From the NCBI GenBank assembly GCA_045546195.1, contig JAZQCH010000002.1, positions 23,328-87,327 of the forward strand: a DNA stretch of 64,000 bases. Reading direction: 5' to 3'. Positions 9,901 to 18,888 of the stretch are shown here, piece after piece. Both the position numbers and the translations under genes were made by a program. The DNA is from Candidatus Enterousia sp. GTDB taxonomy: Bacteria > Pseudomonadota > Alphaproteobacteria > Rs-D84. Under the pieces are notes generated by a model. That model was not told the origin of the DNA. It searched no databases and was given only the letters and a program-made list of their open reading frames with translations. Every line of letters begins with the position of its first letter. The first letter of the stretch is position 1.

Positions 9901-12900
9901 AGTGTGATTTCATATTCTTTGGCCTTACACTGTGGCGCCACACCCGATACGGCGGTATATCCTGTTTCGCATTCAACCGTATATTGACATGCTGGATACG
10001 CGCCATCGGTATAGAACATCTTGCTGTATTCTTCACCTGCAGTCACATAAACATCCGTGCTGTGTTCAACAGCTGGTACATAAGTAGAGCAAACAACATA
10101 ACAGTCTTCTATTGCGTCGCGCAACACATCTGTACCAATTGTATAGTTGGTCTTTGCCGGACATTTGGTCTGTACCAAATCATCCTCTGGGCTGTAATAT
10201 CCGCTGTCTGGTGTTGTACATGTCGCTGTTCCGGACTGGTTGTAATAACCCGCGTCGCACGAATTAACAACGACATTACAATTTGCGTATTCGCCCTGTG
10301 TCGATGTTCCACTATACTGGCAAACCCATGTCCCATCACCATTTGCCAATTCATCACCGCTTAATGGGTTCTGGGCAAAGTTCGCATAGCAACTGGTCGC
10401 GCTGGTCTGACCACCCGCGATGGTCGCTGGTGCCGCCATTGGCGTCACCTGTGGCGTCGGACATTCGCTGCGACATCCTGTTGCGCCAACCGCCACGCTT
10501 CCAACCCCCGGGCAATAGTACGGTGCCACACAGTCTTTCAATACGCTGTCTGTGCCATTAGCGTTTGCCTCATAGTATTTGCCGGCCTCGCACTGATACA
10601 CATCCTGTGACCATACCGCATAGAACGTCTTATCTTCTGTGTATTTCGCATTGATTGCGTCACCTGCGATAAACTCACCATTTGCGTCAAACACCATATT
10701 CGCCGGCAGGCTTGGCGCCGTAAAGTACCCCTGCAACGTATAGTTTTCACGTTCAAGCACAGGCACCGTGGTGATTTTATCTGTTGTCCCCGCATCGGAA
10801 TACCACGCGTCCTTATACTTCTGATACAACGTGACATCCGTACCTTCATCATACCCCGCATCCAACGTCATCGCATACACATGTGGTGTACACAGTTCCG
10901 ACGGATCCGACGCAGTGCCGTCTGTTGGGTCAATATCAGCATCTTCATTCTTGTCATACCCCACCAAACATTCAAAGTACGAACCATCTTCGCTTGTCGC
11001 CGGACAGATAAAGTTGGTCACTCTCATACCATTTTCGTCTGTACCTGGTATAACTTCATCGCTTCCGTAAAAACGCCATCCCTGATTCTCGCGATAACTA
11101 GCACTATCATAGGAACAATGCTCTGCCAACCCTCCAGTAGGGCAAACAGGGGCTGTACAATATAAATTTGTGCGCTGATAACAAGCCGAACTACCAGCCA
11201 CAGAGTCGGCATCAACTTGACCTAAAGATGATAACGAATACGGATAACAGTTGGGTCCTATGTTGTTTTCAGGACAAACGCCCAAAGTATTACAACGTTC
11301 GCAACTCCATTCACCATCAATGTCGCCCTTGAAATAAAAATCACTACCGCATGTAATCTTTTTGAAAGAACACGCCATCGGTGAGCCTGTGTCTTGCAAT
11401 ACGCACAAATCTGGTTCGGCCTGATAAACAATGCCATCAAATGTATCTTTCTTGTTCATACTACAATAAGCAACAGAAACATTCAGTCCTGGACACTCTT
11501 GCGAACACGCGCACCCAGATTGTTCCTTATAACAATCACCAATTTCATCACTGCCGGCCGCGGAATAGGGATATTCGCCGCCTGTTTCAGTAGAGCACGA
11601 ATATTCAACCCCGTCAACGCAGTACGAATTTTCTGGGCATACACCCTCGCAGTGCAGCACACTGGAAGCATCTTCGCGTCCGGTTGTCGCGCCGCCCGGG
11701 CACATGTTCTTCTTGGTGGAACAACCAACGACTGTTGGGTGTAAATCTTCGCCGTCGCATTCTGATTGTGCGGGCGACCACGCGCCATCACCAACCGGCA
11801 CACAGTACTTTTCATCTGTCGAATCACTTGCGAACAGTGACGCATCGTACCAATAACCCGCAATACAGGTCACGACTATCGATTGTGGACAGTTTAGGTC
11901 ATACGCCCCCGACGCCTCGGTCCAGAAACACTGACGGCGTTGCCCACTGGTGTCATTTTCGAACCACAGGTTATCAATAAAACAATCTTCACTACTTCTG
12001 GCGGTTGTGCTGTCTGTCGTGCCACGTTCGCTTGAATCTGAATCCAATGGCGGACACTGTGTCGCACTTAATGCCTTGTCTGGGCTGTAATACCCGTACC
12101 CAACCGGCGTACACACAATCGCAGTATCTGTGGCCAGTGCATATCCGCCCGCACAGGTAATAACAGTCTGCGCGCTACAGCCCACCGTGTACGATTTCGC
12201 CGTTTCGTCATACATACATGTCTGGCTGCCCGCCGTGTATTGGTTTGGTGTATAGGCAACATTTGTCGCAAAACAGTCTTCGGCACTGTCTGATTCCGCA
12301 GCTGACGAAATCGTTACTGTCATTTCATCGCCATTGACATCAACTGCGGCCGTATACTTTCCATTTAACGAAGCGCATGTTGTGCGACCGGCTTCACCTG
12401 TTCCCTGAACCGCAGATACCCCCTCGCAGAAGCTGCCCGCAGTACATGGTACGCACGATGCGCCAGTGCCTGGGTAATATGTCCCCGCCTTACACGCGAT
12501 TGTCGGGTTGGTTGACCATGTCGCGGTTATTGTTGCGTTTGCTTCAAACAAAGTGTTTTTTCCAACGATTGCGCCTGTTGCGTCAACAACAACCGTGTTC
12601 CCCGCCAGGTACCCACCAAATGTCTGACCCGATAATACCGGCTTCTCAACTGTCGTGATAGTGTTTCCGCTAGCATCCATCCACGCAACACCGTATTTCA
12701 GGTAAATCGCACTTGTGCCCGATGTTCCGCCATTATGATTCAGCGTGATTTTATACGTTTCCGCAATGCACACATCGCCACTGACACTGTACCCAGCACT
12801 ACACGATGTTGTGTATGAACACGCAGGGATTGTTGTGCCGTTATAGTTTTCTGTCGCGTTCACAGGATTGCGCACACCGTTGCCATCCGTCGTTTTGATT

Positions 12901-15893
12901 TGCGAACATGTGTTATAGCATGCCGTTGCCGCCGACGATGTTTCAGTTTTGGTTGTCACAGTGCTGTCCGCGCCAGGTAAATCCGAACACAGATTGCGTG
13001 TACGGATTCCATCGCTGTTGCCACGATAGTAGCCATATCCGACTGGATTACAGAACGGGCTGTTGTCTGCCGGTCTGTAATATCCACCAATACAAGATTT
13101 TGGCACAGTATTACACGAAGCGTCATATGAATCACCATCCCATGAACATGTTTTTGTCCCGCTGCCGGTCACAGTTGTGTTTGTGCTTTCATAAATATCC
13201 ACATCACCGCTGGCCGAACATTGTGTTACCAGTTTCGCGCCACTTGCCGAAGTGACCGTCTTGCCGGTTTCACTTGGACACTTGCGTTCACAGCCATTTG
13301 TTGTGTCGTTTTCCATGCCTGCGGCAACTTTATCGCCCGGACAGAAGTATCCCGCACTACATGCCGTGCCATCGGCGGCTTTACCGGCTTCGCAATAAAA
13401 CACATCCAAATTCCAGCACGCGTACAGCGTACCCGCATTTGCCGTTGTCCATGTTTTTAACCCTGTTCCCGCCGCATTATAGTACTGGGTGCCGGAACAA
13501 TTCTTGGCATCATAATATCCACCAAATTCATAGTCGGTTTTTGTTGGCACTGTAATATTTGGCAATATTGTATCAAACGTTGCCGTCACAGACGTTGTGC
13601 CTGCTGTTGTCGCGCCTTGGTTATCCAGTGTGACTGTGTATGTCTTTGGCTTACACCCCAGTCCATCGGCTGTCTTTTCATAACCAGCGTTACAAGACCA
13701 ATCCGCATCAACGCCACAGTTGTCTTCGGAATTTTCTGGGCATGCCTGACACGCGGTCTGACCCGTTGCCCCCGTCAGATAGTAATCTTCCTGACAGCTT
13801 AACGCATAGCAATTATTTGTGCCGCCTTTGCTAACTGTGCCACCAACCGTCGCAGAATTATCAACATCCGCCACCGTACATGCGCGTGTACAAATCGCAT
13901 CTGTCTGTGACTGACACACATTATAGTTTCCATCTGGGTATCCTGTGACCGACGCGCAAGACTTGGTACAATCTGTACATGTTCCATTTACCGGATATGT
14001 ACCCGTCGCACAGTTGCACGCACCATCTGTTGTGGAATTACATGCGTTCCATCTTGCTGTAAAGGTCAGGGCACCTGTACATGTTCCTTGGGCAACGGTT
14101 TCGACCTTGCTGCCACTTTCGTTGTACCATCCCGCAAATGTGTATCCTGGCTTTGTCACATTAGTTGGCAGGGCGAACGTCGCCGTTTCCACGTTACACG
14201 CCGTTGTATAGTTGCCATTGATTGTGCCGCCATCTTTGTTATATGTAATTGTTGTGGCACCCTTTGGATTCCATGTTGCGGTGAACGTCTTGTCGGATGT
14301 GTATGTCCATGTAAATGCTGTACCCGCCGCACGAATAGTAGAACCGTCGTTCCAACCGCCAAAATCAAACCCGTCTTTGACGCATGTGTTTGCCGCCGGT
14401 GTAAAGGCCTGGCTATATATCGCGGTCCCGTTTGCTGGTGCTGAACCTGTTGTGCCACTGCCACATGCGTATGTCACAGTGTATCTATTTTCACTCCACT
14501 TGGCATAGTACGCTTTATGACCAGTATCTGTTGTGCTGATAGTTTGTGTCTTTGCGCAATTTTCCGTCAGGCCAGCATCTGTACACCATCCTTCAAAGGT
14601 ATAGCCTGTGCGTGTCGGTGTACCATTGATTGTTGCCCCAACACCGTATGTATAGCTTGTTGGTGCGTTCGTATAGTTCGTACCTCTATTTGTTTCATAT
14701 GTGATTCTGTATACGATTGCCTTACATGCGGCGCTGGTTGTGGTTTTGCTGCCATCTGGCGTACCGTCTGTGGAATAACCTGTATCACATGTACACACAG
14801 TTTCTGAATTACCAGATCTGGTGCTGCTGTTATCGCCACACTTGGAACACGAACCGGCACCGTTATCATAATAGTTCGCCAAACATGTATACGACGCAAC
14901 TTCTTGGGTACAACTTGTTGCCGTACAGTCACTTATTATCGTTCCGTCATACTGTTGTTGGTATTCACATGACCGCACAGCACATGACTTACATGTATAA
15001 TCATAGGCGTTCGCCGGTTTGCTACATGGCGTTTCCGTTCCTGTTTTTGTCATTGTTGCCACACACAAACCTTCTGCTGTTGTTCCCGCACCAGTCTGAT
15101 ACGTAGCCGGGCACAATGTACAGTTAATGCTAGCAGCAGTTGTACTTTTGCCATGGTTTGTATTCCAATAACCTGTGTCACAAGTATGCGTATATTTACA
15201 TACATTTGACTCGACACCTGTCAACGTTGCGGTTGCGACGCCTGTTCCCTTGGTTGCTGTGGCACAGTCACTCCATTGTGCGGTAATTGTCTTGTCGCCT
15301 GAACAGGTAAATGATGATTCAGACCAACCTGTGAACACGCTGTTTGTTTTTGTCAGATTATTGCTTGATGTTCCCCATATGGGCATTGTGATAACATCGC
15401 CCGACGCGCATTGGAACTCTAAATCTGTTGTTCCTGTTGCGTTGGTTCCGTCCACGACACTCAGCGCCCCAGTCCCGCCATTTTTTCGCACTGTTATGGT
15501 GAAAGTATCCTGGACACAGGTACATGATTCTGTGCCTTGATTATCCGCAGAAAATCCGTCGTTACATTCGCAATTGTACACATAGTTTGAACAACCGGTA
15601 CACGCACCCGTCCCGACCGTATCATCACCCGAACTGGATGTGTATGTTCCATCACATGACTTGGTGCGCACACCGCCGTCGATTGTAACGTCATCATAGT
15701 CTTCTGTATTGCTGACTGTTGTACAGTCTGCGCACTCATTTCCCGGCTCAGCACTTGTCAGATAATACCCGACATTACATATGGTATATTTTTTGTATGT
15801 TGGACACGAATACCCCTCTGCGAACGCATTAGCGGTAAACAGTGCCAAAACCAAAGTTGCCAAAAATCCCAGGAAACTGCGCTTTCTTCCCAT
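6906..15893 (-). CDS. Giant secreted Cys-rich surface protein 1 (~2995 aa) with InlB B-repeat/Flg_new-like and Cys-repeat modules
   Basis: Signal peptide MGRKRSFLGFLATLVLALFTANAFA; repeats Y.ITY..NGG...PTRTGYTFEGW...YAKW; many CxxGYY/C(P)xGxYC units; ATG 15893 follows SD-like GAGAGGA (ORF open from 15917). Confidence 0.85.
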   Translation of the reverse strand: MGRKRSFLGFLATLVLALFTANAFAEGYSCPTYKKYTICNVGYYLTSAEPGNECADCTTVSNTEDYDDVTIDGGVRTKSCDGTYTSSSGDDTVGTGACTGCSNYVYNCECNDGFSADNQGTESCTCVQDTFTITVRKNGGTGALSVVDGTNATGTTDLEFQCASGDVITMPIWGTSSNNLTKTNSVFTGWSESSFTCSGDKTITAQWSDCATATKGTGVATATLTGVESNVCKYTHTCDTGYWNTNHGKSTTAASINCTLCPATYQTGAGTTAEGLCVATMTKTGTETPCSKPANAYDYTCKSCAVRSCEYQQQYDGTIISDCTATSCTQEVASYTCLANYYDNGAGSCSKCGDNSSTRSGNSETVCTCDTGYSTDGTPDGSKTTTSAACKAIVYRITYETNRGTNYTNAPTSYTYGVGATINGTPTRTGYTFEGWCTDAGLTENCAKTQTISTTDTGHKAYYAKWSENRYTVTYACGSGTTGSAPANGTAIYSQAFTPAANTCVKDGFDFGGWNDGSTIRAAGTAFTWTYTSDKTFTATWNPKGATTITYNKDGGTINGNYTTACNVETATFALPTNVTKPGYTFAGWYNESGSKVETVAQGTCTGALTFTARWNACNSTTDGACNCATGTYPVNGTCTDCTKSCASVTGYPDGNYNVCQSQTDAICTRACTVADVDNSATVGGTVSKGGTNNCYALSCQEDYYLTGATGQTACQACPENSEDNCGVDADWSCNAGYEKTADGLGCKPKTYTVTLDNQGATTAGTTSVTATFDTILPNITVPTKTDYEFGGYYDAKNCSGTQYYNAAGTGLKTWTTANAGTLYACWNLDVFYCEAGKAADGTACSAGYFCPGDKVAAGMENDTTNGCERKCPSETGKTVTSASGAKLVTQCSASGDVDIYESTNTTVTGSGTKTCSWDGDSYDASCNTVPKSCIGGYYRPADNSPFCNPVGYGYYRGNSDGIRTRNLCSDLPGADSTVTTKTETSSAATACYNTCSQIKTTDGNGVRNPVNATENYNGTTIPACSYTTSCSAGYSVSGDVCIAETYKITLNHNGGTSGTSAIYLKYGVAWMDASGNTITTVEKPVLSGQTFGGYLAGNTVVVDATGAIVGKNTLFEANATITATWSTNPTIACKAGTYYPGTGASCVPCTAGSFCEGVSAVQGTGEAGRTTCASLNGKYTAAVDVNGDEMTVTISSAAESDSAEDCFATNVAYTPNQYTAGSQTCMYDETAKSYTVGCSAQTVITCAGGYALATDTAIVCTPVGYGYYSPDKALSATQCPPLDSDSSERGTTDSTTARSSEDCFIDNLWFENDTSGQRRQCFWTEASGAYDLNCPQSIVVTCIAGYWYDASLFASDSTDEKYCVPVGDGAWSPAQSECDGEDLHPTVVGCSTKKNMCPGGATTGREDASSVLHCEGVCPENSYCVDGVEYSCSTETGGEYPYSAAGSDEIGDCYKEQSGCACSQECPGLNVSVAYCSMNKKDTFDGIVYQAEPDLCVLQDTGSPMACSFKKITCGSDFYFKGDIDGEWSCERCNTLGVCPENNIGPNCYPYSLSSLGQVDADSVAGSSACYQRTNLYCTAPVCPTGGLAEHCSYDSASYRENQGWRFYGSDEVIPGTDENGMRVTNFICPATSEDGSYFECLVGYDKNEDADIDPTDGTASDPSELCTPHVYAMTLDAGYDEGTDVTLYQKYKDAWYSDAGTTDKITTVPVLERENYTLQGYFTAPSLPANMVFDANGEFIAGDAINAKYTEDKTFYAVWSQDVYQCEAGKYYEANANGTDSVLKDCVAPYYCPGVGSVAVGATGCRSECPTPQVTPMAAPATIAGGQTSATSCYANFAQNPLSGDELANGDGTWVCQYSGTSTQGEYANCNVVVNSCDAGYYNQSGTATCTTPDSGYYSPEDDLVQTKCPAKTNYTIGTDVLRDAIEDCYVVCSTYVPAVEHSTDVYVTAGEEYSKMFYTDGAYPACQYTVECETGYTAVSGVAPQCKAKEYEITLDKNGGTGDIADVVRCTFDGGDCALPATSVLKRTGYNTANKWCANADGTGACYDAGAIAGGNISQNGTNTKLYAIWTPGVFKVNLSAPDATENAAQGPVYLKYATGWYSDAAASKAISSIGTALPIKDGTSYNFAGYKLNDIQIVYADGTLAESTDALTATSVDNATAMVQWTKGVTTCQPGYYYTGTGSEDEGCVACKENHWCPGGSYGTDSGTVGGLNPCENGGLSDGGANATNIGVCYKEGMAYVTYVDTAKTQRLAEGTWTCNWGVIAYDNCHEDTIDIDWCAAGYWYDEAQTAINCVAVGADNWSAEAELVKYACPDGGNTNGATTSDALTDCQKRVDTYVSETNLAKGSHVCSARQDGNAVKYDQNCQAGTIEIAWCEGGYWYDESQTKTDCVEVGIGRYSPEGDMLPYDCPAGGTTTTTNASTPHGVCQKTKTYPGIEYTGPAVHGTGVHGCLYDQAADGMMFGDEKSDGYVSCGTITMTKCDAGYWWQNGETVCKVVDYNHFGPVADANNSGYPTGRMACPDNGLTLGTQSADATACYLEQLTCNVNNGTGEQTRFYDSASVSDTAGYNVCFANGQNVDCDTVCTITGCENGFTLIDGACINCPENHVCTPEDGQRTCADATGGTHTKADAGTTDVAYCYSDCAVIENAYQMSGRDYYGANIADTCKVEVCAAGYTMNNGQCIECPAGMVCDPSSGDDTPKSCATLTGGEHTESAAKSDSINDCYKVCEPYEVVNGTAVPVSDKAYYPNDCEFTGMSVNGNPCEIVDGVCIETSCSSSFEMINGICKPCAREHAISYKPSGNCVVESCASGYHPNGQQCEEDVIGCSAPNAVAATQTWIASKNAFGACIITECEDGYHLGENACQVDEQTCELEHGIGTREWNHKTNKWGDCIATKCDPGYTNDPSQTNELWEQCGRCNNMYSANGELAASSYVQGCEIAACMYQGELYTLENNECRLICDTYSDETGSRRWNASRGKCERTCEPGYTSW

Positions 15894-15954
15894 AACTTCC
15901 TCTCTTTTATGCTTCATGGTAGAAAATTTGCCGCCACCTATGCAAGGGAAAAAT

Positions 15955-15986
15955 AAACCCCAGTCACATTTGACTGGGATTTTTTT
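15955..15986 (-). terminator. Terminator of gpmI
   Basis: CCCAGTCA-catt-TGACTGGG hairpin with A/T tracts. Confidence 0.75.
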
Positions 15987-17457
15987 ATATCAGTGATTGG
16001 CCACTCATGTCATCCGGCTTTGGTATGCCTAAAATTTTCAGCATCGTCGGTGCAATGTCGGCCAATCCTCCGTCACGAACCGCCGGCGCATTTTCTGCCA
16101 CCACGACCAAGTTCACCGGATTTGTCGTATGTGCCGTCCATGGCAAAGAGTTTTCCGCATCCCACATTTTTTCTGCGTTACCATGGTCTGCGGTAATCAG
16201 CATTGTTCCGCCCAGCCCCAGCACCGCTGGCACCAATCGCGCCAACTGCGCGTCCAGTACTTCCATCGCGCGCACTGCGGCATCCATATTACCTGTATGC
16301 CCGACCATATCACCATTTGCCCAGTTCATGATTACAACATCATAGTCCCCCAGCAACGGTATCAACGCGTCTGTGATTTCGATTGCCGACATTTCCGGTT
16401 TCATATCAAACGTTGCGACATCTGGCGACGGAATCAGTACTTTCTTCTCCATCGGGAAATCGACATTGCGTTCTGCATCCATAAAGTATGTCACATGATT
16501 ATATTTTTCTGTTTCTGCGATACGCAGCTGACTTAACCCATTTTCCGCCAGCACATCGCCCAGTGTATTTTCCACCGCCACATCCGGCATCAGGGCAGGG
16601 CACATTTCGTTCAACCCTTCGCCATATTGTGAAAAGCACACCACATGAACCCCTGTCTTTAATATTTCGCGCATAATTTGTCGTGCGCGGTCACTGCGAT
16701 AATTCCCGAACAAGAACCCATCCACCGGTCGAATTGGCACATCACCGTCAATCACAGTCGGCTGAATAAATTCATCTGTTTCACCGCGCGCATACGCGTC
16801 GGCCAATGCGTCATCAATTGTTTTTGCGTGATGTTCGGCATTTGCGTTTGCGATTGCGTCAATTGCCAGTTGTGTTCGGTCCATATTCTGATTTCTGTCC
16901 ATGGCATAATATCGCCCAGACAATGTCCCAAAGAACGCCCGTTTATCTGCCAACGCATCCCCCAGACGGGATTTGATTAAATCGACATATTTTTTTGCCG
17001 ATTGCGGCGGGGTATCGCGTCCATCTGCGATAAAGTGAATACACACGCGCAGGCCCGCCCCCAGTATGCGTTCAACAATCGTCAAAATATCATTTACATC
17101 GGAATGTACCCGCCCATCGGACATCAGCCCCGCCACATGAACCGATCCGCCATCGCGCTGAACAGATGCGATAAAATCGGCCAGATAAGTATTTTTATCC
17201 CAATCTTCCAACTGAAACCGTCGCAGGAATTGATTCACCACGCGACCTGCGCCGATTGTAATATGTCCAACTTCGGAATTACCCATTGTGCCGTCTGGCA
17301 ATCCGACGGCTGCGCCACTGGCGTTCAGCTGGGCGTGCGGATATTTTTCCAGCAACGCATCCCAGAACGGCATTTTTGCCTGTGCCACCGCATTATTTTC
17401 ATCGGATTTATTGATTCCGACACCGTCCATGATACATAAAACAAGTGGTTTTTTCAT
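15985..17457 (-). CDS. gpmI: 2,3-bisphosphoglycerate-independent phosphoglycerate mutase
   Basis: LCIMDGVG, MGNSEVGH, DGRDTPP, GRYYAMDR, AETEKYNHVT, DMVGHTG, TADHGNAE. Confidence 0.97.
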   Translation of the reverse strand: MKKPLVLCIMDGVGINKSDENNAVAQAKMPFWDALLEKYPHAQLNASGAAVGLPDGTMGNSEVGHITIGAGRVVNQFLRRFQLEDWDKNTYLADFIASVQRDGGSVHVAGLMSDGRVHSDVNDILTIVERILGAGLRVCIHFIADGRDTPPQSAKKYVDLIKSRLGDALADKRAFFGTLSGRYYAMDRNQNMDRTQLAIDAIANANAEHHAKTIDDALADAYARGETDEFIQPTVIDGDVPIRPVDGFLFGNYRSDRARQIMREILKTGVHVVCFSQYGEGLNEMCPALMPDVAVENTLGDVLAENGLSQLRIAETEKYNHVTYFMDAERNVDFPMEKKVLIPSPDVATFDMKPEMSAIEITDALIPLLGDYDVVIMNWANGDMVGHTGNMDAAVRAMEVLDAQLARLVPAVLGLGGTMLITADHGNAEKMWDAENSLPWTAHTTNPVNLVVVAENAPAVRDGGLADIAPTMLKILGIPKPDDMSGQSLI

Positions 17458-17572
17458 AATATTCCCTTATACTTTACAAAACATGGTATCATAACTGTTT
17501 TTTGATTGCAAAAGCAAAAGAAAAATTGTATATATATCTAGGAAGTATATCTTATGTGGAGATTAAGAAGTC

Positions 17573-17992
17573 ATGAGTGGCAAACCATACAAACGAAGTG
17601 CAATTGACGAACACATTGGCCAGCGTATGCAACTGCGCCGTGTCATGATGGGCCTGTCCCAGAAAGACCTGGCGAAAATATGTGGCGTCACATTTCAACA
17701 GATTCAGAAATACGAAAGTGCCGGCAACCGTATTGCGGCGTCGCGCCTGTTTGAACTCAGCGCGGCATTGGAAACGCCTGTATCGTTTTTCTTTTCGGGC
17801 CTGCCGGGTCATATTGAACGCGAACCGCGCAACGGTCGCCTGCCAAAGCCCAGTGTTTCGGACCAAAACGCATTTGATCCATTGGCAAAAAATGAATCCT
17901 TACAGTTAATAAACCTGTATTGGAAACTGTCATCAGATGCCCAGCGTGAAATCGTTATGAAATTGTTAAAGACGATGAACGGCCAAGACTAA
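17573..17992 (+). CDS. XRE-family HTH transcriptional regulator
   Basis: HIGQRMQLRRVMMGLSQKDLA...GVTFQQIQKYE...NRIAASRL, typical alphaproteobacterial XRE. Confidence 0.9.
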   Translation: MSGKPYKRSAIDEHIGQRMQLRRVMMGLSQKDLAKICGVTFQQIQKYESAGNRIAASRLFELSAALETPVSFFFSGLPGHIEREPRNGRLPKPSVSDQNAFDPLAKNESLQLINLYWKLSSDAQREIVMKLLKTMNGQD

Positions 17993-18014
17993 ATTGATTA
18001 ACAAATTAACAAAC

Positions 18015-18037
18015 AAAACCGCCCCGGCGGTTTTTTT
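18015..18037 (+). terminator. Intrinsic terminator
   Basis: AAAACCGCC-cc-GGCGGTTTTTTT after the XRE gene. Confidence 0.7.
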
Positions 18038-18062
18038 ATTTCCCCATTTCATCCACCAAATC

Positions 18063-18198
18063 AAAGTTCCCCTCCTGTGGAGGGGAGGGCCAACGAATGT
18101 TGGCAGGGAGGGTTCGTTAGATAAATAAAAGTTCCCCTCCTGTGGAGGGGAGGGCCAACGAATGTTGGCGGGGAGGGTTCGTTAGATAAATAAAAGTT
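18063..18198. repeat. 65-bp tandem duplication (about 2.1 copies, one mismatch) of a REP-like double hairpin
   Basis: aaagttCCCCTCCtgtGGAGGGGaggGCCAACgaatGTTGGC(a/g)gggagggttcgttagataaata repeated with 65-bp period. Confidence 0.9.
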
Positions 18199-18267
18199 TA
18201 TCTAAGTTTGCCCGTTGGGCAAACAAAGAGCAATGAGCAAAGCGCAAAGAGCAATTAATATTAAGAC

Positions 18268-18362
18268 TCGTCATTCCCGCGAAGGCGGGAATCCACTGCG
18301 TCGCAGACATTTTTATGCAGTCCCTGCGGGGCAATAGATACCGGCCTGCGCCGGTATGACGA
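18268..18362. repeat. Palindromic element of the GTCATTCCCGCG...GGGAATCC type (RPE/REP-like)
   Basis: TCGTCATTCCCGCGAAGGCGGGAATCC ... GATACCGGCCTGCGCCGGTATGACGA with terminal inverted TCGTCAT/ATGACGA. Confidence 0.85.
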
Positions 18363-18442
18363 TTTTTTTTTACTTCGCTAACCCTTTATTTATCGCGGTA
18401 TTCATATCTCGTAACAAAAACAGAATTTTTGTAAAAAAATTC

Positions 18443-18577
18443 TGTCATTCCGGGGCAGAATCTCGGCGTAGCGTTAGCGCAGACGGATGACCCCGGAACC
18501 CAGGTTATGCGCATAAAATGCGCACAAATAATAAGGATTCTATTACCTAGGTCCCGCAGGGCACCCACGGGATGACA
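18443..18577. repeat. TGTCAT...ATGACA palindromic element carrying a nested 30-bp GTAG hairpin element
   Basis: TGTCATTCCGGGG-[insert]-CCCCGGAACCCAGG ... CCTAGGTCCCG...CGGGATGACA. Confidence 0.8.
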
Positions 18578-18737
18578 AAGTTTTTAATTCCTTAAAACAC
18601 AAACGTTGCAATAACGTTTTATTTATCCCAGTAATTTATTCCATAACTTTATTTTGAACTTTGGTTACAAAACCACCCGCTGGGGGCTTTTTTCTTAGAT
18701 AAATAAAAGTTTATTCAACAAAACACGTTAAGTGTTT

Positions 18738-18815
18738 TGTCATCCCGGTGCTTGACACCGGGACCCAGGTAATAGAATCCTTATTATTTGTGCGGGCTTT
18801 GCGCGCACAGCCCAG
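18738..18815. repeat. Second, inverted and truncated copy of the TGTCATCCCG element
   Basis: TGTCATCCCGGTGCTTGACACCGGGACCCAGGTAATAGAATCCTTATTATTTGTGCG is the near reverse complement of 18520-18579. Confidence 0.8.
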
Positions 18816-18860
18816 GGCCGGGGGGAAATCACCAGAATAACGAAACATTTAACATCTCAT

Positions 18861-18887
18861 AAAAAATCCCCGTTGCCGGGGATTTTT
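18861..18887 (-). terminator. Terminator of giant gene 2
   Basis: AAAAAATCCCCG-ttgc-CGGGGATTTTT. Confidence 0.8.
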
Positions 18888-18888
18888 A

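Noticed and set aside
18063-18198. 65-bp repeats as CRISPR or integron attC sites
   Set aside because: Pure tandem duplication without unique spacers; GTTAGAT fits GTTRRRY but there is no preceding RYYYAAC arm, cassette ORF or integrase
18386-18568. 60-aa minus-strand ORF
   Set aside because: Lies mostly within a palindromic repeat, no SD, no recognisable protein features
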